DNA of 64,000 bases from an uncultured Clostridia bacterium (GTDB taxonomy: Bacteria; Bacillota; Clostridia; Oscillospirales; Acutalibacteraceae): contig CAMFBH010000004.1 of NCBI GenBank assembly GCA_945948515.1, positions 7,308 to 71,307 on the forward strand. The letters run 5' to 3'. This document shows positions 47,380 through 56,300 of the stretch, one piece after another. Under the pieces are notes generated by a model that was not told the origin of the DNA, ran no database searches, and worked only from the letters and a program-made list of their open reading frames with translations. A program made the position numbers and the translations under genes. The stretch's first letter is position 1. Each line of letters opens with the position of its first letter.

Positions 47380-48507
47380 TTAATGGTAATATTCCAATGC
47401 GGTTTTGGCAATTCCCGTTCCTTCTTTTATATCGAACTTAAGCTCTGCCTCAAGGTAGTTATATGCCATTTGGCAGAATTCAAGATTAACAGATTTTGCT
47501 TCCGAAAGCATTGCGCTGAACTGAGTGGAGTCGTGCTTTTTCATTGTGAGATAAACGGTTTCTCCGCCTCTGATGAAAATATCCTTTGAGCCTGCATCAA
47601 AATAATCCTTACCGTTGTAGGAATACTTAGAAACAATCAAAAAATCATCTGTTGATGCACCGGAAGCTGTTTCGGTATAAAGATTTGCATAGGTGTTTTT
47701 TGTTAAAATAATATCGCCGTTATTTCTGCTTGAGCTGATTTTAAATGTTATTTCTCCGACAGAAGCGCTGTTCGGGGTTTCAACCTTTATATTGAACTGT
47801 CCGTTTTGATTAACCGCACTCAATTCAATCTCTGTACTTTCTGCTCCCAAAACTGTTTTTCCAGAAAGCTTTGCATATGCCGCGACTTTATATTTGTAGG
47901 TTATCCCGGCAGTAACGCTTGTATCGGTGTATGAAAAATAATACTTGCCGTTTGAAGGAATCTTTGCAATCTTTTCCCAACCGAGCGAGCCCTTGCTTCT
48001 GTAAATCACAAAGCCCGCCGGCTTGCATCCGGTTGCTCCCTCGAAACCGCCCGTTTCGCCGTTTGAAAAGCCGCCGATTGTGATTGACTCAGGACTTACA
48101 GGCGTATCGCTTTTGAGACATTCGTTCCACTCAACTTTTCCGATTCCCGAATAAACCTTAGCATAGCCTCTGTACTTAACGCCGGATTTTACACCGTCAA
48201 CCCTATACTTATAATTCTTTTTATATTGAACCTTTTTATCGGTATATGAAGTTGATTTTTTGGAAACCGTGGCTATACGCTTATATTTTCCAACCTTACC
48301 CTTACTGTCAACCGAAGCCCTGTAAACCTTATAGCTGCTTACATTTTTCTTAGACCATTTAAGCTTTAGGGCGGTTTTACTTGTTTGGCTGACCGAAATG
48401 GAAATTCCCTTCGGTGCGGAATATGCGCTAATCGGCGCGCATAATGTTGTTAACAGAACAAAGCAAAGAAAAACTGCCTGCATTCTCTTGAGATATTTTT
48501 TTCTCAT
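47380..48507 (-). CDS. Secreted hypothetical protein with two FN3-like modules
   Basis: Signal peptide ending ISAYSA. Two copies of the pattern (V/I)YR(A/S)...G.(Y/W)..IA......YTD..V..G..YKY.V. No family recognised for the C-terminal half. Confidence 0.7.
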   Translation of the reverse strand: MRKKYLKRMQAVFLCFVLLTTLCAPISAYSAPKGISISVSQTSKTALKLKWSKKNVSSYKVYRASVDSKGKVGKYKRIATVSKKSTSYTDKKVQYKKNYKYRVDGVKSGVKYRGYAKVYSGIGKVEWNECLKSDTPVSPESITIGGFSNGETGGFEGATGCKPAGFVIYRSKGSLGWEKIAKIPSNGKYYFSYTDTSVTAGITYKYKVAAYAKLSGKTVLGAESTEIELSAVNQNGQFNIKVETPNSASVGEITFKISSSRNNGDIILTKNTYANLYTETASGASTDDFLIVSKYSYNGKDYFDAGSKDIFIRGGETVYLTMKKHDSTQFSAMLSEAKSVNLEFCQMAYNYLEAELKFDIKEGTGIAKTALEYYH

Positions 48508-48608
48508 ATTTTATTCCCCCTCTGAATAAAATGCACAGTTACCTTCAAGCCAAACATAACACACAAAATACACAAAGTCAATATGAATAAAAATAATTGT
48601 CTTTTGAG

Positions 48609-48637
48609 TTGAAATGCACATAAAAATATGATATAAT
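48609..48637 (+). promoter_or_regulatory. Promoter candidate for the GlpA-like operon
   Basis: TTGAAA (48609-14), 17-nt spacer, TATAAT (48632-37). Confidence 0.5.
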
Positions 48638-48684
48638 TTATTTGTTAATTGAATATTTACTGAGAGATTAGAGTAACGGTTAGC

Positions 48685-48706
48685 GCAGATTTTATCTGCT
48701 TTTTTT
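48685..48706 (+). terminator. Short leader hairpin + U-tract (candidate attenuator) upstream of the GlpA-like gene
   Basis: GCAGAT-TTT-ATCTGC followed by TTTTTTT, about 40 nt before the GGAGG RBS. The stem is only 6 bp, so this is a weak call. Confidence 0.35.
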
Positions 48707-48747
48707 CGTTGCTCTTTTTCATTTTCGGTACAAACGGAGGAAATCTT

Positions 48748-50178
48748 ATGTTTGATGTTGCAATAATAGGCGCCGGAATAATCGGATGCGCTTGTGCCTA
48801 TAAGCTTTCGCAATACAATCTGAGCGTTGCGCTTATAGACAGGGAAAACGATATTTCGCTCGGTGCAACGCGTGCAAACAGCGCAATCATTCATGCAGGC
48901 TTTGACCCTGAGCCCAACACACTTATGGCAAAGCTGAATGTTGACGGAAATGCGCAATGCAAGGAAATATGCAAAAAGCTCGGAGTTGAATGTAAGGAAA
49001 TCGGCTCTCTTGTTACCGCATTTGATGAGGATGATATGAAAACTCTTCAAAAGCTTCTTGAAAACGGCAGGAAAAACGGTGTTCCCGGAATTGAAATTTG
49101 GACTAAAGAGCAGGTTCTTGAAAGGGAGCCTAATCTCAGCAAGGATATTATAGGCGCACTTTGGGCTCCGAGTGCCGCAATAACAAACCCGTGGCAGCTT
49201 GCTCTTGCCATGGCGGAGGTTGCTGTTGTTAACGGATGTAAGCCCATTTTGAATTTTGATGTAAGCTCAATCAAAAGAGAAAATTCCTTATATATTCTTT
49301 CAAACGGAAAAGAAAATGTTCGGGCAAAATTTGTTATAAATGCCGCAGGAGTTTTTGCAGATAAAGTGAGTGCTCTTGTTTCAAGCCCGACCTACAAAAT
49401 AATTCCAACAGCAGGAGAATATTATCTTCTTGACAAATCCGAGGGGAATACTGTTTCCAGCGTTATATTCCCCTGTCCCTCAAAAAAAGGAAAAGGTGTT
49501 TTGATTTCTCCGACCGTTCACGGAAATCTGATTGTGGGACCGAATGCGCAAATAGTCAGCGATGCAGAAGATACAAAGAGTACGGCAAGCGGTCTTGCGG
49601 AGGTTAGAGAAAAAGCATCTAAAAATGTTCCGTGTGTTAATTTAAGACAGAATATCAGAAACTTTACGGGTATTCGCGCAAATTCAAGCGTTGATGATTT
49701 TATTATTGAATTTCGTTGCGAAAACTTTCTTGACCTTGCGGGAATCCGCTCTCCCGGACTTTCAAGCGCACCTGCAATAGCCGATATGGCTGTTAGTATG
49801 CTTTCTGAAAAAGGGCTTTGCCTTGAAAAGAAAGAGAATTTTATTGATAAACGCAAAAAAATATCGTTTAAGCACCTGTCGGAAAGCGAAAAGAAAGCTC
49901 TTATTGAGAAGAATCCTAAATACGGTAGGGTTATTTGCAGATGTGAAACAATTACCGAGGGAGAAATCATTGATGCAATCAATTCTCCCATTCCACCATG
50001 CTCCGTTGACGGAATCAAAAGGCGTGCCGGAAGCGGAATGGGCAGATGCCAGGGAGGCTTCTGTGCACCTAAGGTGGTTGAAATTCTTGCAAGAGAAAAG
50101 AAAATTTCGCCGCTTGATGTTTTGCAGGATAAAAACGGCAGCTATATTTTAATTAACGAAACGAAGCAGGAGGGCTGA
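48748..50178 (+). CDS. FAD-dependent oxidoreductase, GlpA/GlpD-like, with C-terminal BFD-like [2Fe-2S] domain
   Basis: DVAIIGAGIIGCA dinucleotide motif. C-terminal CRCETITEGEI...GRCQGGFC. The ATG at 48748 is preceded by GGAGG; the listed start at 48709 is an over-extension. Confidence 0.88.
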   Translation: MFDVAIIGAGIIGCACAYKLSQYNLSVALIDRENDISLGATRANSAIIHAGFDPEPNTLMAKLNVDGNAQCKEICKKLGVECKEIGSLVTAFDEDDMKTLQKLLENGRKNGVPGIEIWTKEQVLEREPNLSKDIIGALWAPSAAITNPWQLALAMAEVAVVNGCKPILNFDVSSIKRENSLYILSNGKENVRAKFVINAAGVFADKVSALVSSPTYKIIPTAGEYYLLDKSEGNTVSSVIFPCPSKKGKGVLISPTVHGNLIVGPNAQIVSDAEDTKSTASGLAEVREKASKNVPCVNLRQNIRNFTGIRANSSVDDFIIEFRCENFLDLAGIRSPGLSSAPAIADMAVSMLSEKGLCLEKKENFIDKRKKISFKHLSESEKKALIEKNPKYGRVICRCETITEGEIIDAINSPIPPCSVDGIKRRAGSGMGRCQGGFCAPKVVEILAREKKISPLDVLQDKNGSYILINETKQEG

Positions 50179-50182
50179 TAAT

Positions 50183-51439
50183 ATGTATGACCTTATTGTT
50201 ATAGGCGGAGGACCGGCGGGTCTTGCGGCTGCGTATGCGGCTTGGAATAAAGGACTCAAAAAAATAGCCCTTCTTGAACGCGACAGCGAGCTCGGCGGAA
50301 TTCTTAATCAATGTATTCACAACGGCTTCGGTCTTCATTATTTCAAAGAGCAGCTAACAGGTCCTGAATACGCAGAACGCTTTTCCGATATGGTAAAGAG
50401 CACGGGAGTTGAGGTTTTTTGCAACACCATGGTGCTTGAATTCACAAAGGATAAAACGGTGCGCGCAGTCAGCAGTGAGCACGGATATATGGAGCTTCAG
50501 GCTAAAAGCATTGTTCTTTCAATGGGTTGCCGTGAAAGAACAAGAGGTGCAATTTCAATTCCCGGTGACCGCCCCGCAGGAGTTCTTACGGCGGGAGCGG
50601 CTCAGCGATTTGTTAATATAGACGGATATATGGTTGGCAAAAGAGTTGTTATTCTCGGCTCGGGCGATATCGGTCTTATTATGGCAAGGAGAATGACTCT
50701 TGAGGGAGCAAAGGTGCTTGCATGCGTTGAGCTCATGCCTTATTCGGGAGGACTTCAAAGAAACATTGTTCAGTGCCTTGAGGATTTTAATATTCCGCTC
50801 TACCTTTCCCACACAATAACAAATATTAAGGGCAGACGGCGTGTTGAGGGCGTTACTGTTTGCAAGGTTGACGAAAACCGCCGCCCGATTCCCGGAACGG
50901 AAATTGAATTCGATTGCGACACGGTCTTACTGAGCGTTGGCCTTATTCCCGAAAACGAGCTTACAAGAGCGGCTCAAATTGAAATAGACCCGCGAACAAA
51001 CGGCGCTGTTGTTTATGAAAACAGGGAAACGAGCACTCCCGGAATTTTTGCATGCGGAAACGCTCTTCATGTTCACGATTTGGTTGATTTTGTTACGGCA
51101 GAAAGTATGCTTGCAGGCGAATCTGCCGCAGATTTCGTTCTCAATCCTGCAAACAACGATTTCAGAGAAGTTGAAGTTTTATCAAATGAAAACATCTCCT
51201 ACACCGTTCCGCAGAAAATCAGAATAAGTCCCTCCCTTGATTCGGCGGAATTCTATTTCAGGGTTCGCAGAGTGTTTAAAAAGAGCAAAATTTCCGTTTT
51301 CAGCGGTGATAAGGAAATTGCCTCCTTTAAAAGAGAAAGCATGGCTCCCGGTGAAATGGAAAAAATTAAAATTCCGAAAGCACTGCTTTCAAAAATTGAT
51401 TCTTCACAAATAAAAATCTGTGCGTCGGAGGTGGAATAA
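50183..51439 (+). CDS. FAD/NAD(P)-binding pyridine nucleotide-disulfide-type oxidoreductase (second subunit of the trio)
   Basis: Two Rossmann motifs: IVIGGGPAGLAAA and VVILGSGDIGLIMA. ACGNALHVHDLVD. Confidence 0.85.
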   Translation: MYDLIVIGGGPAGLAAAYAAWNKGLKKIALLERDSELGGILNQCIHNGFGLHYFKEQLTGPEYAERFSDMVKSTGVEVFCNTMVLEFTKDKTVRAVSSEHGYMELQAKSIVLSMGCRERTRGAISIPGDRPAGVLTAGAAQRFVNIDGYMVGKRVVILGSGDIGLIMARRMTLEGAKVLACVELMPYSGGLQRNIVQCLEDFNIPLYLSHTITNIKGRRRVEGVTVCKVDENRRPIPGTEIEFDCDTVLLSVGLIPENELTRAAQIEIDPRTNGAVVYENRETSTPGIFACGNALHVHDLVDFVTAESMLAGESAADFVLNPANNDFREVEVLSNENISYTVPQKIRISPSLDSAEFYFRVRRVFKKSKISVFSGDKEIASFKRESMAPGEMEKIKIPKALLSKIDSSQIKICASEVE

Positions 51440-51790
51440 ATGGCAGAACTGATTTGCATTATGTGCCCAAAGGGCTGTCGCTTAAATGTTGATGAAAAAA
51501 ACGGCTATGCCGTTACGGGAAACACCTGTGAAAAAGGCGCGATTTACGGTAAAACGGAGCTTGTTGACCCGAGGCGAGTTGTTACCTCAACGGTTAAAAT
51601 CAACAGTACTCACGCAAGGCGGCTTCCCGTTAAAACAAACGGAGAAATACCTAAAAACACAGTTGAAAAAGCCGTTGAGCTTCTTAACGGCGTAACAATT
51701 ACGGCTCCTGTTAAAGCAGGTGATGTTATTATTGAAAACATTTTCGGCACGGGAATAGATTTTATAAGCGCAAAAACCGTTGAAGATTAA
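51440..51790 (+). CDS. DUF1667 domain protein (third member of the trio)
   Basis: CIMCPKGCRL...TGNTCEKG Cys motif. 116 aa. The start abuts the previous stop. Confidence 0.85.
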   Translation: MAELICIMCPKGCRLNVDEKNGYAVTGNTCEKGAIYGKTELVDPRRVVTSTVKINSTHARRLPVKTNGEIPKNTVEKAVELLNGVTITAPVKAGDVIIENIFGTGIDFISAKTVED

Positions 51791-51807
51791 TTAACTCATT
51801 AAAAGTT

Positions 51808-51843
51808 AAAGCCACGAACATTAATTGTTCGTGGCTTTTTTAT
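51808..51843. terminator. Bidirectional terminator between the DUF1667 gene and the LRR gene
   Basis: 12-bp stem AAGCCACGAACA / TGTTCGTGGCTT followed by TTTTTTATTTT. Confidence 0.8.
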
Positions 51844-51844
51844 T

Positions 51845-53368
51845 TTATGAATATGAAAGTGTTGGATATTTGAAATTCTTAACAGCGAAAAATGCTTTCA
51901 TGTTTGATTTTTCCTGTGCTGTTAAGCTATCCTTTCCGGGTCTGTAATCCCTTGCGTTTATATATCCATCCTTGTTTCTGTCGCAGTTTACTATTGCAAC
52001 ATTAACATTTGTTTGATCCTTTGAACCGATTGTTATTGTAAACTCTCTGTCAATGGAATACGGTGAAGAAACGGTTGCTGTGTATGTTCCGGGGTCAATA
52101 AGACCTGTTGTGTAGGTTCCGTTTTCCGCCGTCGTAGCGGTTTGGTTACCGATTGTTATTGTTGCACCGGAAACCACTCCGCCCGTTCCTATCGCATCGC
52201 TCGGAGACGACAAGGCAAGAATTTTTCCGCTAACCGAATAGCCCTCGTTCCAAATAGGATAGGTTACAACATCTTGAGTTACATTATCAAACGGCTCGCT
52301 CCAAGAAGCGAGATAGCGGTGCTCGGGAGCATCCACCTCAGGTGAAGTTGCGCTTTCTCCTGAATTAACAATTTCACGCTTAAGAAGTGTGGTTCCCTCG
52401 CTGTCACTTACAAAATCAACTGCAAAGAAGCTCTTTTCAATAGGAGTGATTGTTACGCTCATATCCTCGCTTGAACCGCCTGCGTTAACATTATAATTAT
52501 AAACTATTCCCTCTTTAAGAACATCATAATCAGCCGTTGTAAACGATGTGGAATCAAAGAAATCGGCGTTTGTGAATGAAACCTTTGAAGCATCAGCAAC
52601 TGTAAACGGAACAGTGAACACCTCATTTTCGCTGTCATAAGAAGCTGAGGCGCCTACTGTTTGCGAGCCTATCATCTTATCGGTTAAATCTGTTAAAAGA
52701 TTGTTTGATGATAAATCAAGCGATTTCAAATGATTAAACGAACAATGAAGATTTGCAAGCACCCCACAGTTTGTGAGATTTAAAGAAGTGAGTTCATTTG
52801 AATAACAGTTAAAATCTTGGAGCCTTGTGAGATTACTCAAATCAAGAGAGGCTATCTTATTTTCATAGCAATGTAATTTTACAAGCGAGGTATTAAGAGA
52901 AACTTTAAGGCTTGTTAATTCGTTTGCATTGCAGATAAGCGTTTCAAGATTATAGTTGTAATCAACATTCAGAGTTTTCAAATCATTTCCCTGGCAGGAA
53001 AGTGTTTTAAGACCCGTTATTGCCGAAACATCCAGCGTTTGAAGATGAATACCTCCGCAGTTGAGCGATGTTAATGAGGTAAAGTGCTCAATACCCTTTA
53101 AATCGGTAATCGGTTCTTCCTCGTCGAAAACATCGAGAATCATTCCCGCAACGGACATTCTTGTTACATTTCTCTCGTCCGCACTTAAAACGCCGTCGCT
53201 GTTCGTGTCATAAAACTCAGTTACTACCTGCCTCCAGATAGGATCGGGAAAGGTTGTTTCGTTTATTGCAACATCATCGGCAGCCCCTGCGCTGATTAGA
53301 GCGCAGAAGCTTCCGGTTAAAACGGCGAGAGAAAGGAAAACAGAAATAAGCTTTTTTGTTTTTTTCAT
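51845..53368 (-). CDS. Secreted leucine-rich-repeat protein with Listeria-Bacteroides-type repeat, carboxypeptidase-regulatory-like domain and two isolated dockerin/EF-hand-like loops
   Basis: Signal peptide. About 8 LRRs of 22 aa (L..L.C..N.L..LD(L/V)S). The VDFVSD...YLASW repeat. GATITIGNQTATTAENGTYTT. Ca-loop-like DTNSDGVLSADE near the N-terminus and DRNKDGYINARD near the C-terminus. Confidence 0.85.
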   Translation of the reverse strand: MKKTKKLISVFLSLAVLTGSFCALISAGAADDVAINETTFPDPIWRQVVTEFYDTNSDGVLSADERNVTRMSVAGMILDVFDEEEPITDLKGIEHFTSLTSLNCGGIHLQTLDVSAITGLKTLSCQGNDLKTLNVDYNYNLETLICNANELTSLKVSLNTSLVKLHCYENKIASLDLSNLTRLQDFNCYSNELTSLNLTNCGVLANLHCSFNHLKSLDLSSNNLLTDLTDKMIGSQTVGASASYDSENEVFTVPFTVADASKVSFTNADFFDSTSFTTADYDVLKEGIVYNYNVNAGGSSEDMSVTITPIEKSFFAVDFVSDSEGTTLLKREIVNSGESATSPEVDAPEHRYLASWSEPFDNVTQDVVTYPIWNEGYSVSGKILALSSPSDAIGTGGVVSGATITIGNQTATTAENGTYTTGLIDPGTYTATVSSPYSIDREFTITIGSKDQTNVNVAIVNCDRNKDGYINARDYRPGKDSLTAQEKSNMKAFFAVKNFKYPTLSYS

Positions 53369-53390
53369 TAAATAGTTCTCCTTTCTGCCG

Positions 53391-56300
53391 TTAGCTTCTT
53401 GTAAAGGTTACATTAATTGTATTTGAAACAGTTGAACCGTCCTCGAGAGTAAGAGTACATTTTACTGTTGTTGTGTAGCTTGAAGAGGTCATAAGACCGC
53501 TGGTTGAAATAACACCGTCTGCGCTTATCGGAAGCTTTGAATTGCTTGAGTTCCAGCTAATTGAGCTGTAAGCATCTGCTGTTTCGGGATAAGCTTTAAC
53601 ACCTAACTGAACCTTTTTGCCTGTGTAAACTCCGCCGCAGGAATATGTTATTTCACCGGAAGCAACCTCGTTATTATATGTGAAATCAAACGATGTAATC
53701 TGTATTGTTCCGCTCTTCAGGATAACGCTCTTTGAAATGGTGTTGCCTTTAAGATCGGTTGCAGTTACGGTTACAACGCCCGAAGGTGAGGTTCCGGATT
53801 TAGTTACTGCGCAGGAATTGCCCGAAGGTGTTATTGAAAGTCCTACTGCCGAGCTTACGCTCCACTCAACCGAGCTGAGCATTGCGCCGTCGTTAAATAC
53901 GGCATCAAGAGTTATTTCACTCAAATCGGAAATATCATAAGAATCTGTAAGGACTGTTCCGTTCAAGCTTATATCAATGCTTGTAAGAGCAGTAAATCTG
54001 TTGTTTTCGCAATCTGTTATTGCACTTACAAGATTTGCCGCAGCCTCATCTATTACCTCCTGTGAAGCTTCATAATCCGCAACAACGGCTTCTGCCGCAG
54101 CAAGAGGAGCTTGCATATTCTCGTAATACGGCTCAAGATAATCATCGGCATTCATTGCCTTTGCTCTTGCAATAGCTTCTTTGAGAGCGGAGGTATCGTT
54201 GGTTGTGTAAACCTGAATTGTTGCTTCATATCCGCCGTCCGCAGTTACTGCATGAATTGTTGCCCAGCCGTTTGAAACAAACTGAATTGTTGCACTGTTC
54301 TGAAGCGCTGTCGGATTGAGAACCTTTGCAATGCTCTCATCCTCGCTCGAGAAGATACACTCGCAAACATCTGCGCTTGTTCCGCGCTCATTAAGAACGG
54401 ATGGTGTGAGAACTGCTGTTGTTCCGGGAGCACCGTAAACAACATTTGTGTTGTTAAACGAAGCCGATACAACCGGGTTTCTTGTAAATGTTACATAGCA
54501 GGTTTCGGTGAAGCTTTCGCCCTTGCCTCCGGTTACTGTTACGGTTATTGCCGAGCACTTGGTTGTTGCTGTTGTGTTTGAGCAAAGTCCGTTTCCATTT
54601 ACCGAAACACCTTTGTTGCTTGAATTATATGTTACGGTGTAGGGAGCTCCCTCGGGAACAGTTTTAACTCCGAGCTGAATTGTTTTTCCGCTGATTGAAG
54701 ATGTTGCACCGGTTCCGACGAATGTGAAATGAGTATTTTCATTTCCGTTTTCATCGGTGATGCTGAAGCCTGTAATTGCAGTGTATTCAACAAGTGAATT
54801 TCTTGCGCTTACAAGATTTGCAGCTGCAGAATCAATCGCGCTCTGGGTTGCATTTTCATCATCAATAACAGCCTTTGCTTCATTAAGAGCTGCTTGAAGA
54901 GCGCTGAAGCTTTCATCTGTATAAGTATCTTCGCTAAGATTTTCGGCAATAATTGAATTATACGCCTCTGTAAGTGCTGACTTATCGCAAAGAACAGTAA
55001 TAGTTGTTTGCGCCGTTAAGCCTCCGTCAGCGGCAACTGCGGTGATTACCGTGCTTCCGCTGTCATTAACGGTAACAAGACCGTTTTCATCAACCGAAGC
55101 AACGCTTTCATCAGATGAGCTGAATACTACATCTTTAATTCCCGCATTACTCGGATTATACACAAGAACAGGTGTGAACGGCTCTGCATTGTGTGCAACA
55201 GTATATTCATCCTGCTCAAATGTGAGTGACTCAAGGAATGCAGTTGAAAGATAAATTCTGCATGTAAAGGTTGTTTCGTTTGAATAGTCGTCAACAGCGG
55301 TTAATGTTACATCGGCATAACCACCGGTTCCCGTGAGAACAAGAACTGCATTATTTCCGTCTGCCGACAGAGTTATATTCTTTTCATTTGCAATCTGCCA
55401 CTGATAAGAGGAAACCATAGCGCCCTCGTTAACAATCGGCATAAGCGTTACAGATGAATCAGCCGCAACAACAACCTTTGCACTTTCTTCGAATGCCTGA
55501 TCGTTATTGCTCATTGAAAGGCTTGTTACTCCCACAAACGGATGACCGCTGAGGTTTTCTCCTGCCTCAATAAGTGCCGCAGTAGCCGCATCAATGTCAT
55601 CCTGACCGGCATTATAATCTGTTTTAATGTTAACAGCGCTTTCGTAAGCATTCTTAAATGCCATGCCCTGCTCATAAGCATAGTCGGTGTAAACAATATC
55701 TGCATACTTATCTATTGCAGCGTTAAGCGCTGTCATATCTCCGAGGGTGTGAGCAATAACAGTTCCGCTTACTCCTCCGTCATAAGAGGTTGCGGTTATG
55801 GTTGCCGCGCCGGTTGAAACAAAGGTTACAAGTCCGCTTTGGTCAACGGTTGCAATGCTTTCATCCGATGAAGTGTAGAATACATCTGTTATATTGGGTG
55901 AAATATAGTTTGAATTGCTCTTAACCTTGGCAGTAACTGTTACGGTGTCGCCCGGATTTCCGGAAACAACCTCATCGGCAAAGCTTACCGTTACAACTCT
56001 GTTTTTTACAAATGAAACATATACGCTGTCGGTATAAGCGTCTCCGAAGCCGTCTGTTACGCTGAGAGTAATCTTTGCATAGCCCGCATCCTTTGTTGTG
56101 TTTGTAACAAGTCCGTTTTCATCAACGGTTATTGTTTCACTGTCTGAGGTCCATGTAAGATTTGAATAATCAGCATTTTCGGGAGCAATATAAGCGTTCA
56201 GCTTAATTGTTTTTGAAAGCACGCTTGTTCCGCTGTAATAACGGTAGAAATCGCTGTATGTTCCCTCCGTTTCATAAATCTGAACATCGGACGGTCCCGT

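Noticed and set aside
48511-49050. 179-aa minus-strand ORF spanning the intergenic region and the start of the GlpA-like gene
   Set aside because: It overlaps the well-supported plus-strand CDS (Rossmann motif, GGAGG RBS at 48748) and the promoter/leader region. Its composition is odd and Cys/Ile/Asn-rich, and I recognise no motif in it. It is most likely a spurious antisense ORF in AT-rich DNA.
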